From a virus, in IMG/VR virus record IMGVR_UViG_3300042198_000079, positions 64,001-128,000 of that record: a stretch of DNA of 64,000 bases, one strand, 5' to 3'. The notes under the pieces were generated by a model. The model worked only from the letters and a program-made list of their open reading frames with translations. It was not told the DNA's origin and did no database searches. Made by a program: the position numbers and the translations under genes. Positions within the stretch are counted from its first letter, which is position 1, and every line of letters starts with the position of its first letter. Shown here piece by piece: positions 48,564-57,424 of this stretch.

Positions 48564-49426
48564 TTAATTTTAATTTTTGGAACATAATCTTTTGGAAGTT
48601 TGTTTTCTATACCTAAAAATTCTGTATTTTCGTCCACTATAAAAGTTAAAACAAGATCTGTTAAATTTAACATAATTTGCGAAGAGGTCCAGACTTTGTA
48701 GTTTGTTCTATATGGTTCTAAATAACCGGGAATTCCGTCATGATGTTTTCTGAGACTAGCAAGCAATTCTTCTGGAGTTTCTGATTTTCTTGCTTCTTTT
48801 GTTGCCAATCTATATCTAGACATAGACGATTTTCTATCTTTTCCTGTTTGATATCCTTGATCTGGATATTGAATACCGTGATTAGTTCTAACTATAATTT
48901 CATCTTTTCCAAACTTTTTAATTGACGGTTTTCCAAATTTCAATTTTTCAATTGAAACAAAATAATCTTTACAACCAACTGTTGTATGTCCTCCTATACC
49001 TCTTTGGTAAAGATCTAAACATTTTATAACTTTTTCGATATTACTATAACCAAGTGCTTTTCTTATTTTAAATCCATCTTTTGATATTTTTGTTTTTTTA
49101 TTTCTATGTTTTTTATCCATAGATACTCCTTCGTTTTCGTCTTTTTTTCCTTGTAGAGTAGTATTAACTATTCCTATACCAAATTCGTTCATTCCTTCCG
49201 AATAATCAGTTTCTTCATCGTGCATATATACTGTTTCTATCCCATTTATAATTTCTCTAACTATAGATATTCTCGGAATATATGTTCTATCTCTGTTTTT
49301 TGCTAAAATTACTTTTCCCGCAACCGAAGTTCCGACTGATGTGCATTCGTTTAATATTTTAAAATTATGATTATTTAAAGTTTCCAATAAAAACTTATTA
49401 TATTTATGTAAAAATAAAAAATTCAT
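47771..49426 (-). CDS. Ntn-hydrolase (C45/choloylglycine hydrolase-like) reading through in frame into the next gene
   Basis: E/CTSVG..LAKNRDR, SEGMNEFGIGIVN, VRTNHG, SSMSR. AATAAATA 6 nt before ATG. Confidence 0.8.
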   Translation of the reverse strand: MNFLFLHKYNKFLLETLNNHNFKILNECTSVGTSVAGKVILAKNRDRTYIPRISIVREIINGIETVYMHDEETDYSEGMNEFGIGIVNTTLQGKKDENEGVSMDKKHRNKKTKISKDGFKIRKALGYSNIEKVIKCLDLYQRGIGGHTTVGCKDYFVSIEKLKFGKPSIKKFGKDEIIVRTNHGIQYPDQGYQTGKDRKSSMSRYRLATKEARKSETPEELLASLRKHHDGIPGYLEPYRTNYKVWTSSQIMLNLTDLVLTFIVDENTEFLGIENKLPKDYVPKIKINIEKLELKLITKPVNQYKYLYMNKEKFVLHSFNKYCDNLLNEGLLPKSLADRIFRNIDPRNEFPKSINEFINLILRVTKDKYFDDIENDDYLEDDFKVDYDAWYYFLTGDKEVLERSFFKITNPNHLPKISKNKNSIYYDILPEKKEYNLAEFYIMSEENTKILVDVAKKIRKPATSSQISDLCGFPSHRLESTFMGSYTISYGKDDEGEYISYYDIWDFTSSKLPILGNIMDFVGYPFEIYGRIYFDVIDEKRARFRPAIQTF

Positions 49427-49454
49427 TATTAGTATTTATTTGAAAAAATAAAAG

Positions 49455-49558
49455 TTTTAAGAAAATTTGTTAGTGAGTCTCTGTCAACCACTTCTTCTTC
49501 GAGAACTCCAAAAGGTTGGGAAAGTGCGAAAACTCCTACCTAACAAATTTTCTTAAAA
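49455..49558. ncRNA. Candidate structured RNA or miniature inverted-repeat element
   Basis: Perfect 19-bp terminal inverted repeat enclosing further nested helices. Confidence 0.4.
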
Positions 49559-49561
49559 TTC

Positions 49562-51043
49562 TTAATTTTCGTTCGCTTTGTTTTCTTCTTCTAATTCTAT
49601 AATTCTTCTTATTATATATAGAGGATTTTTAAAAGTGTCTACGATATAGACACTTTTATAATATTCTAATATTTTCATATAATTATCTAAAGCTTTTTTA
49701 TTTTTAATATGCCCGAGACTTCCTAATTCTTTAAAAACTCCTCTACCATATATTATCATATATGCATATGTATTATATTTCTCATAGTCATCCGTATCTT
49801 TTAGTTTGCCTTCTTCGTCTAAATTTAAAATATCGCAAACTTTATTAAAATCGTCTTTCATGTCGTTCCAAGATTCTATATATTCTTTTTTCTTTTTTTC
49901 TTCTTCGGCTTTATAATATTCTCTTTTTCTTATTCGTTGTTCTTCTTCTCTTTTTTCTTTTGAAAAAGTTTCTCCAGTATTAATATTTTCCTCTCCCCTT
50001 TCATACCAAATTCTTTTAAATTTATTTTTAAAGTCTGATAATTTTTCATCGTGATATAAAGTAACATCTATATCACCTCTTTCCGATTTTATTCTTATCT
50101 CCATTCCGTGCCTAGTGAATTTTTTAAACATTTTATGTTTTTTTTGTCCCATTTTTAAGTTTGCCATTCTGTATGGCAAACTCGCATCATAAATGTCAAT
50201 TTTTATTTCTCTACCCTTTACAGTCCAAAATATTTTATTATTATCACTATTTTTAATTTTGTCCTCGTTCATTTCTTTTGCTAAGAATGCTACAATTTTT
50301 CTTTTTAGCCTAAAAAGAAATTCTCCTCTTATTTCGTTTGAACCATTTCCCGTTACAAATGTTTCTATTATTTCAAAAGAAAAAGGAGTTAACCATAATA
50401 TTTGTTCCGGTTCAGCATGATATATTGATGCTTGATTTAATGTTTTTGCTTTGTCTTCCAAACAATCTATCCTCATAGATTTTAAAATTTTAGATTGATC
50501 AAATTGATTTCTAACAGTTGGTTCTACGAAATTATAATTTCTTCTACTATTTGTTCGCGTATTTGAAAAATCCATTTGAACTGCCGTCATGAATAATTTT
50601 CCGGGCGAGGTTACTCCTTTAGCTTTATTTGGATAAATTTTTTTTGCTCTAAAATATGAATCTTCGAAATCTATATCTTCAAAATTTGCTCTTTTTAACA
50701 AGTCTATAGCAAACCATTCCTCCATATCACTTAATATTACTTTATGTTTAGATGTGTCTTTTATAACTTTTAAAAATTTACTGTTAGCTCCGTAAAAAAT
50801 ATCACCCGGATGATCTATTACATATTTCAAAGGATATGCATATGTCCCTACGGGATCGTTGTGGGTAGGATCTTTACTAAAACCTTTGGATAAAACATCT
50901 GTACTATTTCCATTATCAAATCTAACATATAAAGTCGGGTCATTTTTTTTAGATTTATATTTTTTATAAAATTCGTTAAATCCTTTTGAAAAAACGTCAG
51001 AAAAATGCACTTCGCATAAAATATAATTTTTAAAACTTCTCAT
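49562..51043 (-). CDS. Leader-tagged hypothetical protein
   Basis: MRSFKNYILCE; TATAAATA at 51053-51060; motifs DPVGTYAYP and IYHAEPEQ. Confidence 0.7.
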   Translation of the reverse strand: MRSFKNYILCEVHFSDVFSKGFNEFYKKYKSKKNDPTLYVRFDNGNSTDVLSKGFSKDPTHNDPVGTYAYPLKYVIDHPGDIFYGANSKFLKVIKDTSKHKVILSDMEEWFAIDLLKRANFEDIDFEDSYFRAKKIYPNKAKGVTSPGKLFMTAVQMDFSNTRTNSRRNYNFVEPTVRNQFDQSKILKSMRIDCLEDKAKTLNQASIYHAEPEQILWLTPFSFEIIETFVTGNGSNEIRGEFLFRLKRKIVAFLAKEMNEDKIKNSDNNKIFWTVKGREIKIDIYDASLPYRMANLKMGQKKHKMFKKFTRHGMEIRIKSERGDIDVTLYHDEKLSDFKNKFKRIWYERGEENINTGETFSKEKREEEQRIRKREYYKAEEEKKKKEYIESWNDMKDDFNKVCDILNLDEEGKLKDTDDYEKYNTYAYMIIYGRGVFKELGSLGHIKNKKALDNYMKILEYYKSVYIVDTFKNPLYIIRRIIELEEENKANEN

Positions 51044-51095
51044 TATATATCTTATTTATATTAATTTTGATTAGTAAAACTAAATATATTAAACA

Positions 51096-51563
51096 ATGAC
51101 ATCGACAATTTTAGAAAAATATACAAATTATATAAATTCTATTTTTGAATCCGAATCTAAAAAACAGGCAGTATTTATAATAATACCGATTAGTGAGAAC
51201 ACATTAGCAGCAACAACAAGACCAAACGAAGAAAACAAAATAGGACTTCCCGGAGGGAAGGTAGATCCCGGAGAAGAATTGATAGATGCTGTTGTTAGAG
51301 AATCTACAGAAGAAGGATGGAAAATAGACCGGAAGTTAGTTTCCGAAACCCCTATACGCGATATATTAATAAATAATACACACGTTTATTGGTTTAGATA
51401 TACAGGAACAGCAGAAGAATTATCAGAATATAAAGAAAAACATAGAGGTATACTCCCCATAGTAGTAACAGTTGAAGAAATTTCAAATTCTGGTTTTGGT
51501 AATGAATTTATTAGAAATTGGTGGAAGGAAAACGTAAAATTATTAAACGAAAAAAATAAATAA
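51096..51563 (+). CDS. Leader-tagged Nudix hydrolase
   Basis: GLPGGKVDPGEELIDAVVRESTEEG Nudix box; N-terminus LEKYTNYINSIFE. Confidence 0.9.
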   Translation: MTSTILEKYTNYINSIFESESKKQAVFIIIPISENTLAATTRPNEENKIGLPGGKVDPGEELIDAVVRESTEEGWKIDRKLVSETPIRDILINNTHVYWFRYTGTAEELSEYKEKHRGILPIVVTVEEISNSGFGNEFIRNWWKENVKLLNEKNK

Positions 51564-51568
51564 TATAT

Positions 51569-52597
51569 ATGAATTCTGATTTTTCTGTTCCAGATTTTAA
51601 ACTATTTCCAGTTACTAGGGATTTTATAGGAAGCACTGTTAAAAATCTTTGGCACCTTGAACAATTGGGATTAAAAAATGTTTGGGAAACAACTAAAGGA
51701 TCTGGTATAAAAATAGCAATTTTAGATTCTGGATTTGCACCACATGAAGAAATTAGTAATGTAAAAGAATCGATATCTTTTGTTTTAGATGAAGACGAAA
51801 TAGATTATGCCGGACACGGAACTAGTGTAATAGGGATCTTGGGATCTAAGTGCAAAGAACTTTGCGGCATATGTCCTGAATCAGAAATATATTCTTTAAA
51901 GATTTTGAATAGATATATCGAAGGAAATTTTGATTCTTTGTATAAAGCACTAGAATGGTGTTTAAAAAATAAACCAGATATAATAAATTTATCAATATCT
52001 TCCAAAACGGTTATGCCTCCCAATATAAAACAAATATTGGAAGAATTGTACAATCAAAATATAATTATATGTGCATCGACTGGGAACGATAGTTCGGAAA
52101 TTTCTTATCCTGCAAAATATGAATCCGTATTTTCAATAGGAGCATATGATCGAGACGGCAACATTGCAGCATTTTCTAACAGAGGAAACGAAATAGACTT
52201 TTCTGCTCCCGGTGTTGACATTTATACATGTAGTAATAAAAATAATGGATATGTACATGCGACCGGAACTAGTTTTGCTAGTCCGATATTTGCAGGAATA
52301 GTTTCTTTAATTTTATCAAAACACACTTTTGAAAGCATTAATCAATTAAAAACATATTTGGTAAAACACGTAAAAGATATGGGAGAAAAAGGATGGGATA
52401 AATTTTATGGATGGGGAAGCATTATACCAGAAACTGGTATAGAAATTTCAAACGATAAAACTTCTATCCGAGAAGAAAAAATTATATTGGGGACAAAACA
52501 AAAATGCTTTATAGATGATTTGCTTTTTCTTTTAAAGTCATTTAATAATTTAATAGGAAACGATAAAAATAAATTTCCAATATATCACAAAAATTAA
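51569..52597 (+). CDS. Subtilisin-family (S8) serine protease
   Basis: Triad ILDSG / GHGTSV / GTSFASP; oxyanion STGN. Confidence 0.95.
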   Translation: MNSDFSVPDFKLFPVTRDFIGSTVKNLWHLEQLGLKNVWETTKGSGIKIAILDSGFAPHEEISNVKESISFVLDEDEIDYAGHGTSVIGILGSKCKELCGICPESEIYSLKILNRYIEGNFDSLYKALEWCLKNKPDIINLSISSKTVMPPNIKQILEELYNQNIIICASTGNDSSEISYPAKYESVFSIGAYDRDGNIAAFSNRGNEIDFSAPGVDIYTCSNKNNGYVHATGTSFASPIFAGIVSLILSKHTFESINQLKTYLVKHVKDMGEKGWDKFYGWGSIIPETGIEISNDKTSIREEKIILGTKQKCFIDDLLFLLKSFNNLIGNDKNKFPIYHKN

Positions 52598-53088
52598 TAA
52601 TTAGTTTGAAAATTTTTCAAATCTTTTTCGCTCCAAATTTGGAACTCCCATCCTTTTTTATCACAATGTTCTTTTGCGGTTTTCCATTTTTGAATATTCA
52701 TTAAAGTTTCATTTATTCTATAATTCCAAGTAGAGATTTTCTCTCTAGGTGATTTGATTAATGTTTTGTTTTCTGTTAATAATTTAACATTGTTTATTTG
52801 TTTTTGTGGTTTTATTTCTGCTAATATTATTTTTCCATCAGACGTTTCTATAATAAAATCTACAAAATATCTTGCGTTTCTTACTGTTCCGTCTTTCTGA
52901 ATTTTTTTGTAAGATATCCAATACAGTTCGCTTCCCCATTTTTTTATTTTAGGAGATCTGTCCAACAGTCTCATATAATCTGCTTCTAATTTAGATCTAT
53001 AAAAAGGCAAGTTTTCGTTTAAAAGTTTCTGAGGATTTGACGGTTTCCAAAATCCTTGCTTGTAACCATCTTTGTTAATTTTGCCCAT
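52594..53088 (-). CDS. Head completion nuclease (gp4/TnsA-like)
   Basis: YKQG.WKP.NPQK, YRSKLE, WGSE, YFVDF, EIKP, KW..A..C..GWEF. TATAAATA at 53100-53107. Confidence 0.9.
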   Translation of the reverse strand: MGKINKDGYKQGFWKPSNPQKLLNENLPFYRSKLEADYMRLLDRSPKIKKWGSELYWISYKKIQKDGTVRNARYFVDFIIETSDGKIILAEIKPQKQINNVKLLTENKTLIKSPREKISTWNYRINETLMNIQKWKTAKEHCDKKGWEFQIWSEKDLKNFQTNY

Positions 53089-53128
53089 GCTATTGAAAAT
53101 ATTTATATTGGCATGGTAAATATAACAT

Positions 53129-53509
53129 ATGATGATGAATAATGCATTTAAGTCGCCGGAACTAAACCGTCAAAACCTTAATACTCTTTTTCCTACAAAG
53201 GATTATGTTCCTGTTCAAATATTATTTGTAACAGAAAGAATAAACGAACCGGGGAGAAAATATTACAGACTTCCTAAAAGCAAAGTAGCATATTCGATGG
53301 GGTCTTTAAATATAACAATAGGAGATCTTACTATTGATGAACTTTATGATTATGTAGATCAAACTATGGAAGATAGTATATATGAAGGAAACATATTAGA
53401 TATAAAAATAGAAGAACCCCCGAATTATCAAAATTATCAAAATACTGAACAACAACAGCAACAACAAAATAACCCCTCAAATATTACTGGTAATATTATT
53501 ACTATTTGA
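53129..53509 (+). CDS. Hypothetical protein
   Basis: GGTAAATA 6 nt before ATG; Gln-rich tail. Confidence 0.55.
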   Translation: MMMNNAFKSPELNRQNLNTLFPTKDYVPVQILFVTERINEPGRKYYRLPKSKVAYSMGSLNITIGDLTIDELYDYVDQTMEDSIYEGNILDIKIEEPPNYQNYQNTEQQQQQQNNPSNITGNIITI

Positions 53510-53961
53510 ATTTTTGTTATATGGAATGGGAAAATGTTCCAGAAAATTTGGACGAATGGTTCGGATTTGTATATTTGATAGAAAGATTGAATGCAAAGGA
53601 AAACGAAAAAAAATATTATTGGGGATGTAAAACTTTAAAGAAAACAGTAAAATTAAATCCATTAAAAGGATATAAAAGAAAAAGAAAAAAAATATCCGAT
53701 ACTGATTGGAAAAATTATTATGGAAGTAGTGAAGAATTAAAAAAAGATATAGATATACATGGTAAAGAAAATTTTAAAAGAACAATGATAAAAATGTGTA
53801 AAAGCAAATGGGAATTAAAATACGAAGAATTAAAAATTCAAATAGAAAACGATGTTTTATTTAGAGAAGATACATACAACGGAATAATAAATGCAAGATT
53901 GGGGAATTGTCCAAAAGTTTTAAAAGAAGAATATTTAAAATCTAAAACATTAAATACTTGA
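53506..53961 (+). CDS. GIY-YIG-like endonuclease (start may be ATG 53521)
   Basis: FGFVYLIE..KYYWGCK..DWKNYYGSS..GKENFKR..YNG. Confidence 0.75.
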   Translation: MNFCYMEWENVPENLDEWFGFVYLIERLNAKENEKKYYWGCKTLKKTVKLNPLKGYKRKRKKISDTDWKNYYGSSEELKKDIDIHGKENFKRTMIKMCKSKWELKYEELKIQIENDVLFREDTYNGIINARLGNCPKVLKEEYLKSKTLNT

Positions 53962-53995
53962 TTCTATTTTCAATAAATGTTACATTATAATTCGT

Positions 53996-54412
53996 ATGAG
54001 TGAAAAAATGAACAATGAAGATTGTCCAATAAAAACAAGAAGCGACGAAATTAAAAAATTTATCGTGTTCGATGAAAACGATATAGAAGAAAAAATAAAA
54101 AAAGTAGATGTATTTAATTTAAATTTAGTAACTGATTATCATTTAGAGTATTCCGAATTTAAAAAGAAAGAAGATGCCTTTGAAGATTGGGTTCAAGAAA
54201 ATATTAAAAAAAATATTGAAGACGGATCACCAACCTCTAGAGCAGCAGAAGAATCTTTAAAAAAGACAAAAGAATATAAAAGAATAAAAAGAGAAATAAG
54301 AAAGCACGAAGAATATATAAATTTTTTAAAAGATGCAATTGGGATTATTAAAAATTTTAATTTTTCTATACAAAGATACATAGATAGAAAAAAATTCATA
54401 GAAAAAATATAA
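53996..54412 (+). CDS. uvsY: Probable UvsY recombination mediator
   Basis: 138-aa helical protein ending FSIQRYID..KF, directly upstream of uvsW. Confidence 0.6.
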   Translation: MSEKMNNEDCPIKTRSDEIKKFIVFDENDIEEKIKKVDVFNLNLVTDYHLEYSEFKKKEDAFEDWVQENIKKNIEDGSPTSRAAEESLKKTKEYKRIKREIRKHEEYINFLKDAIGIIKNFNFSIQRYIDRKKFIEKI

Positions 54413-55825
54413 ATGGTTGTAAAAATTATACATGTAGATAATAGATTAGCAAAAATAATATGTGATAAATCCTTATTAACGAGAATTCGTAATTTTTTTT
54501 CATATAGACAAACTACATGGAAAAATAAAAGAAAGACTTCTTATATAGAATATCTTTTTAATATTTCTGGAATTTTTAAAAAAGGATTAATACCTTTATT
54601 ACAAGAATATTTAAATGTTAATAACATTGTTCATACGGTAGAATATTCTTATGAAAGAAAGATAGTTCCCATAGAAGAAGATAAAATATGGTTTCCAAAA
54701 AACAAAGAACCGTTTGATTACCAATTAAAAGCAGTTCTTCGTTCTTTAAAAAGAGAAAGAGGACTTTGGGATTTGGCAACTTCATCTGGTAAATCTCTTA
54801 CTGCATGTATGTTTATACAATCATTTTTAAATCATCATGATGGTTCCAAGGCAATGTTTGTCGTCAATGATACAAACCTTTTATATCAAGCTCAGAAAGA
54901 CTTTATAGAATATGGAACAGATCCTGATGATATTACCTTATGGGGCGATTTTAATGTTCCCGATTTTAATAAAAAAATTTTAATTGTTATAAGCAAATCT
55001 CTAATATCAAACTTTGAATTTAGTTATTCTTTTACAAAAGACAGAACATTGCTTTTTTGTGATGAAGTTGATTTAGTAGCAAATCCAAAAACACAAATAC
55101 ATAAATTTATAGATAATCATTCGTCTGAATTTAGATTTGGATGTACAGGAACTATACCGTCTGATATATATTTAAAACATAAATTGATTAGTAATTTTGG
55201 GGACATTATAATAAAAAAATCAGCAGAAGAATTAAGAACAACTGGAGTTTTAACTAGTTGTGAAGTTTTACCTTTTATGGTTTTTCACGACGAAAAGAGT
55301 AAAGAAACATTATCTTGGGAAGAAGAATTTGATTATATCTGTAATTCTAATGAAAGAAATAAACTTTTATTAGATATTGCAATTTCATTAAAAACCAATA
55401 CTCTCTTGTTGGTAGATAGAATATCGCAGATAGAATACATAGAGTCAATATCAAAAGACATATCAGATAAAGAAATTTTTTTTATGAGAGGAGATATTCG
55501 ATCCGAACAAAGAAAAGAAATTTTAGATAAAATGGAAACAATAAACAACGGTATTGTTGTTTCCATATCTACTTTATTTTCAAGAGGCGTTAGTGTTAAA
55601 AATATACATAATGTTATTTGTTCTTCTTTAGGCAAATCAGAATCGAGAATAATACAAACAATAGGAAGAGGTTTAAGAAAACACAAAACAAAAAATAAAG
55701 CACTTATTATAGATGTTTTTGATAATCTTAAATATTCGAAAAAACACTGGAATAGCAGAAAAGAAGTTTATGCATCAGAAAATATACCAATATTATATCA
55801 AAAAACTTTTGATATAAATATTTAA
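54413..55825 (+). CDS. uvsW: UvsW SF2 helicase
   Basis: DYQ, LATSSGKS, CDEV, RFGCTGT, FSRGVSVKNIH, QTIGRGLR. Confidence 0.93.
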   Translation: MVVKIIHVDNRLAKIICDKSLLTRIRNFFSYRQTTWKNKRKTSYIEYLFNISGIFKKGLIPLLQEYLNVNNIVHTVEYSYERKIVPIEEDKIWFPKNKEPFDYQLKAVLRSLKRERGLWDLATSSGKSLTACMFIQSFLNHHDGSKAMFVVNDTNLLYQAQKDFIEYGTDPDDITLWGDFNVPDFNKKILIVISKSLISNFEFSYSFTKDRTLLFCDEVDLVANPKTQIHKFIDNHSSEFRFGCTGTIPSDIYLKHKLISNFGDIIIKKSAEELRTTGVLTSCEVLPFMVFHDEKSKETLSWEEEFDYICNSNERNKLLLDIAISLKTNTLLLVDRISQIEYIESISKDISDKEIFFMRGDIRSEQRKEILDKMETINNGIVVSISTLFSRGVSVKNIHNVICSSLGKSESRIIQTIGRGLRKHKTKNKALIIDVFDNLKYSKKHWNSRKEVYASENIPILYQKTFDINI

Positions 55826-56620
55826 ATGAAGTCTTTTAGACAATATTTAAATAGTTTTTTAACAGAAAATTCCAAAAAAGAAGCGTTCGATCCGGCGCAG
55901 CAGGACGCGGATTACATGGCCGCAGTCAATGCCGCGACTCAAGCAAGGAATGAAATCATTGACCGGTTTAATGCGGAAAATGTTTTCATTTTCCGCGACC
56001 TAGTGCAGAGCTTTGGTCAGCCGCCAACCGCAGGAGACATTCAGAACGACGACACCGACGATGAGCAGACTCAATTTGCGTCTTGGAAGTATCGCTACGG
56101 CGAGGCGGCGGGGTATTTCGTCACCAGAAATCGAACTCGAAAAGAAAACGGACAATGGGGCCAATGGTCTAAATGGGAAGCCTTTTCTCCAAAGTTCGAC
56201 CGACCGACGGACACGTTTGAAACCGCTGACGAAGCGATTGCTTGGTTGCGAACAGCGCCAATCATGGATGCAGGCAACCAAGTTGCGCTTGCCAAAACGT
56301 ATGAATCAGATCGCAATCGGGCGCTGGCAACATTTGAACTTCTGAATAAACTTGCAGTGCCTTCAGGCTGGACGTTGGTAAACGCACAAGACAGTCAATT
56401 CGGATCAAAGTATTGGAACCTAGTTGCTTCGGACGGCACAAAATACAAACTTTCGGTTCGGTCGCATGAACCTTCGCCCAAATGGCAGGCAGAACTTGGC
56501 GCAATTGATTATTACGTGCCGCTTCGATGGGATAAAGGCGACGCGATAAAGACCGTTCCGCTAGAAGACATTTCAGAAGCAATGTCTAAATTGGAAGATT
56601 GGTTGCGATCAAAAGCTTAA
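55826..56620 (+). CDS. Leader-tagged fragment of a GC-rich polyvalent-type protein
   Basis: AT-rich MKSFRQYLNSFLTE leader fused to GC-rich QQDADYMAAV...; TATAAATA at 55813-55820. Confidence 0.75.
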   Translation: MKSFRQYLNSFLTENSKKEAFDPAQQDADYMAAVNAATQARNEIIDRFNAENVFIFRDLVQSFGQPPTAGDIQNDDTDDEQTQFASWKYRYGEAAGYFVTRNRTRKENGQWGQWSKWEAFSPKFDRPTDTFETADEAIAWLRTAPIMDAGNQVALAKTYESDRNRALATFELLNKLAVPSGWTLVNAQDSQFGSKYWNLVASDGTKYKLSVRSHEPSPKWQAELGAIDYYVPLRWDKGDAIKTVPLEDISEAMSKLEDWLRSKA

Positions 56621-57424
56621 GGCAATCTTTCCGCCCTAGCGACGCCGCAGCAAGACGCTGCCTACCTCGCAGCCGTCGAGGCGGGCGATATGAAGACGGC
56701 GCAGCGAATGGTGAATGATGCGGCTGAAAATAAACAAACAGTTTTCCGAGGGCAAAAAGGCTTTCAGAGTAAATACCCGAAAAGCACTAAAGGATTCTTT
56801 GGGGTTGGACAGAAGATTGTTCCAACTTTTTGGACAACTTCCGAATCATTAGCAAAAGATTATTCTCGCGATGGAGAATACAAAGGATCGACAACACCAT
56901 CAGCAGAAGCGCAGAAAGGAATCGCTGCATGGGAATACGAGAATGTCTGGACAAGGAGTGACGGTTCACAATACACAACCACGGACACTACAACTGATAA
57001 GGGCATAGCGGAAAAGGCAAAAGAACAAGGAAGAAGAGTTAAAGAAACAAGGGTCTTCCCTCAAACCGCAACTGTGCAATCTGCAAAGTTGTTTTTCAAA
57101 AAACCTCTTGTGCTTGATGCAAACGGAGCAATTTGGCGAGAAGTGAATTTCAAAGGTAGGAAGATGTCTACCGATCAGATCGTTGAATACGCTTTCAAAA
57201 ACGGATATGATGGAGTGGAAATTAAGAATGTCAGAGATTCTTTTGCGGGGTTAAGGTTTGAAGATACCTCTAATGTATTGGTCTCATTTTATCCCGAACA
57301 AGTAAAATCCGCAGACCCAGTAACCTACGACGAATCCGGCAACATAATCCCACTTTCCAAACGATTTAATCCTGATAGCGAATCAATCAATGAATCAAAT
57401 GTCATATTTTCATATTGGAGTTAA
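56621..57424 (+). CDS. ART-PolyVal-like domain, in frame with the preceding ORF after a single TAA
   Basis: QQDAAYLAAVEAGDMKTAQRMV, VFRG, FWTT..AKDY, GYDGVEIKNVRD, QVKSADPVTYDESGNIIPLSKRFN. Confidence 0.7.
   Translation, partial: GNLSALATPQQDAAYLAAVEAGDMKTAQRMVNDAAENKQTVFRGQKGFQSKYPKSTKGFFGVGQKIVPTFWTTSESLAKDYSRDGEYKGSTTPSAEAQKGIAAWEYENVWTRSDGSQYTTTDTTTDKGIAEKAKEQGRRVKETRVFPQTATVQSAKLFFKKPLVLDANGAIWREVNFKGRKMSTDQIVEYAFKNGYDGVEIKNVRDSFAGLRFEDTSNVLVSFYPEQVKSADPVTYDESGNIIPLSKRFNPDSESINESNVIFSYWS

Noticed and set aside
52594-53088. TnsA-like nuclease as evidence of a Tn7 transposon
   Set aside because: It matches T4 gp4-type head completion protein, has a late promoter, and no other transposition genes are present.
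53440-53470. caa/cag microsatellite
   Set aside because: It is an ordinary short poly-Gln coding tract.
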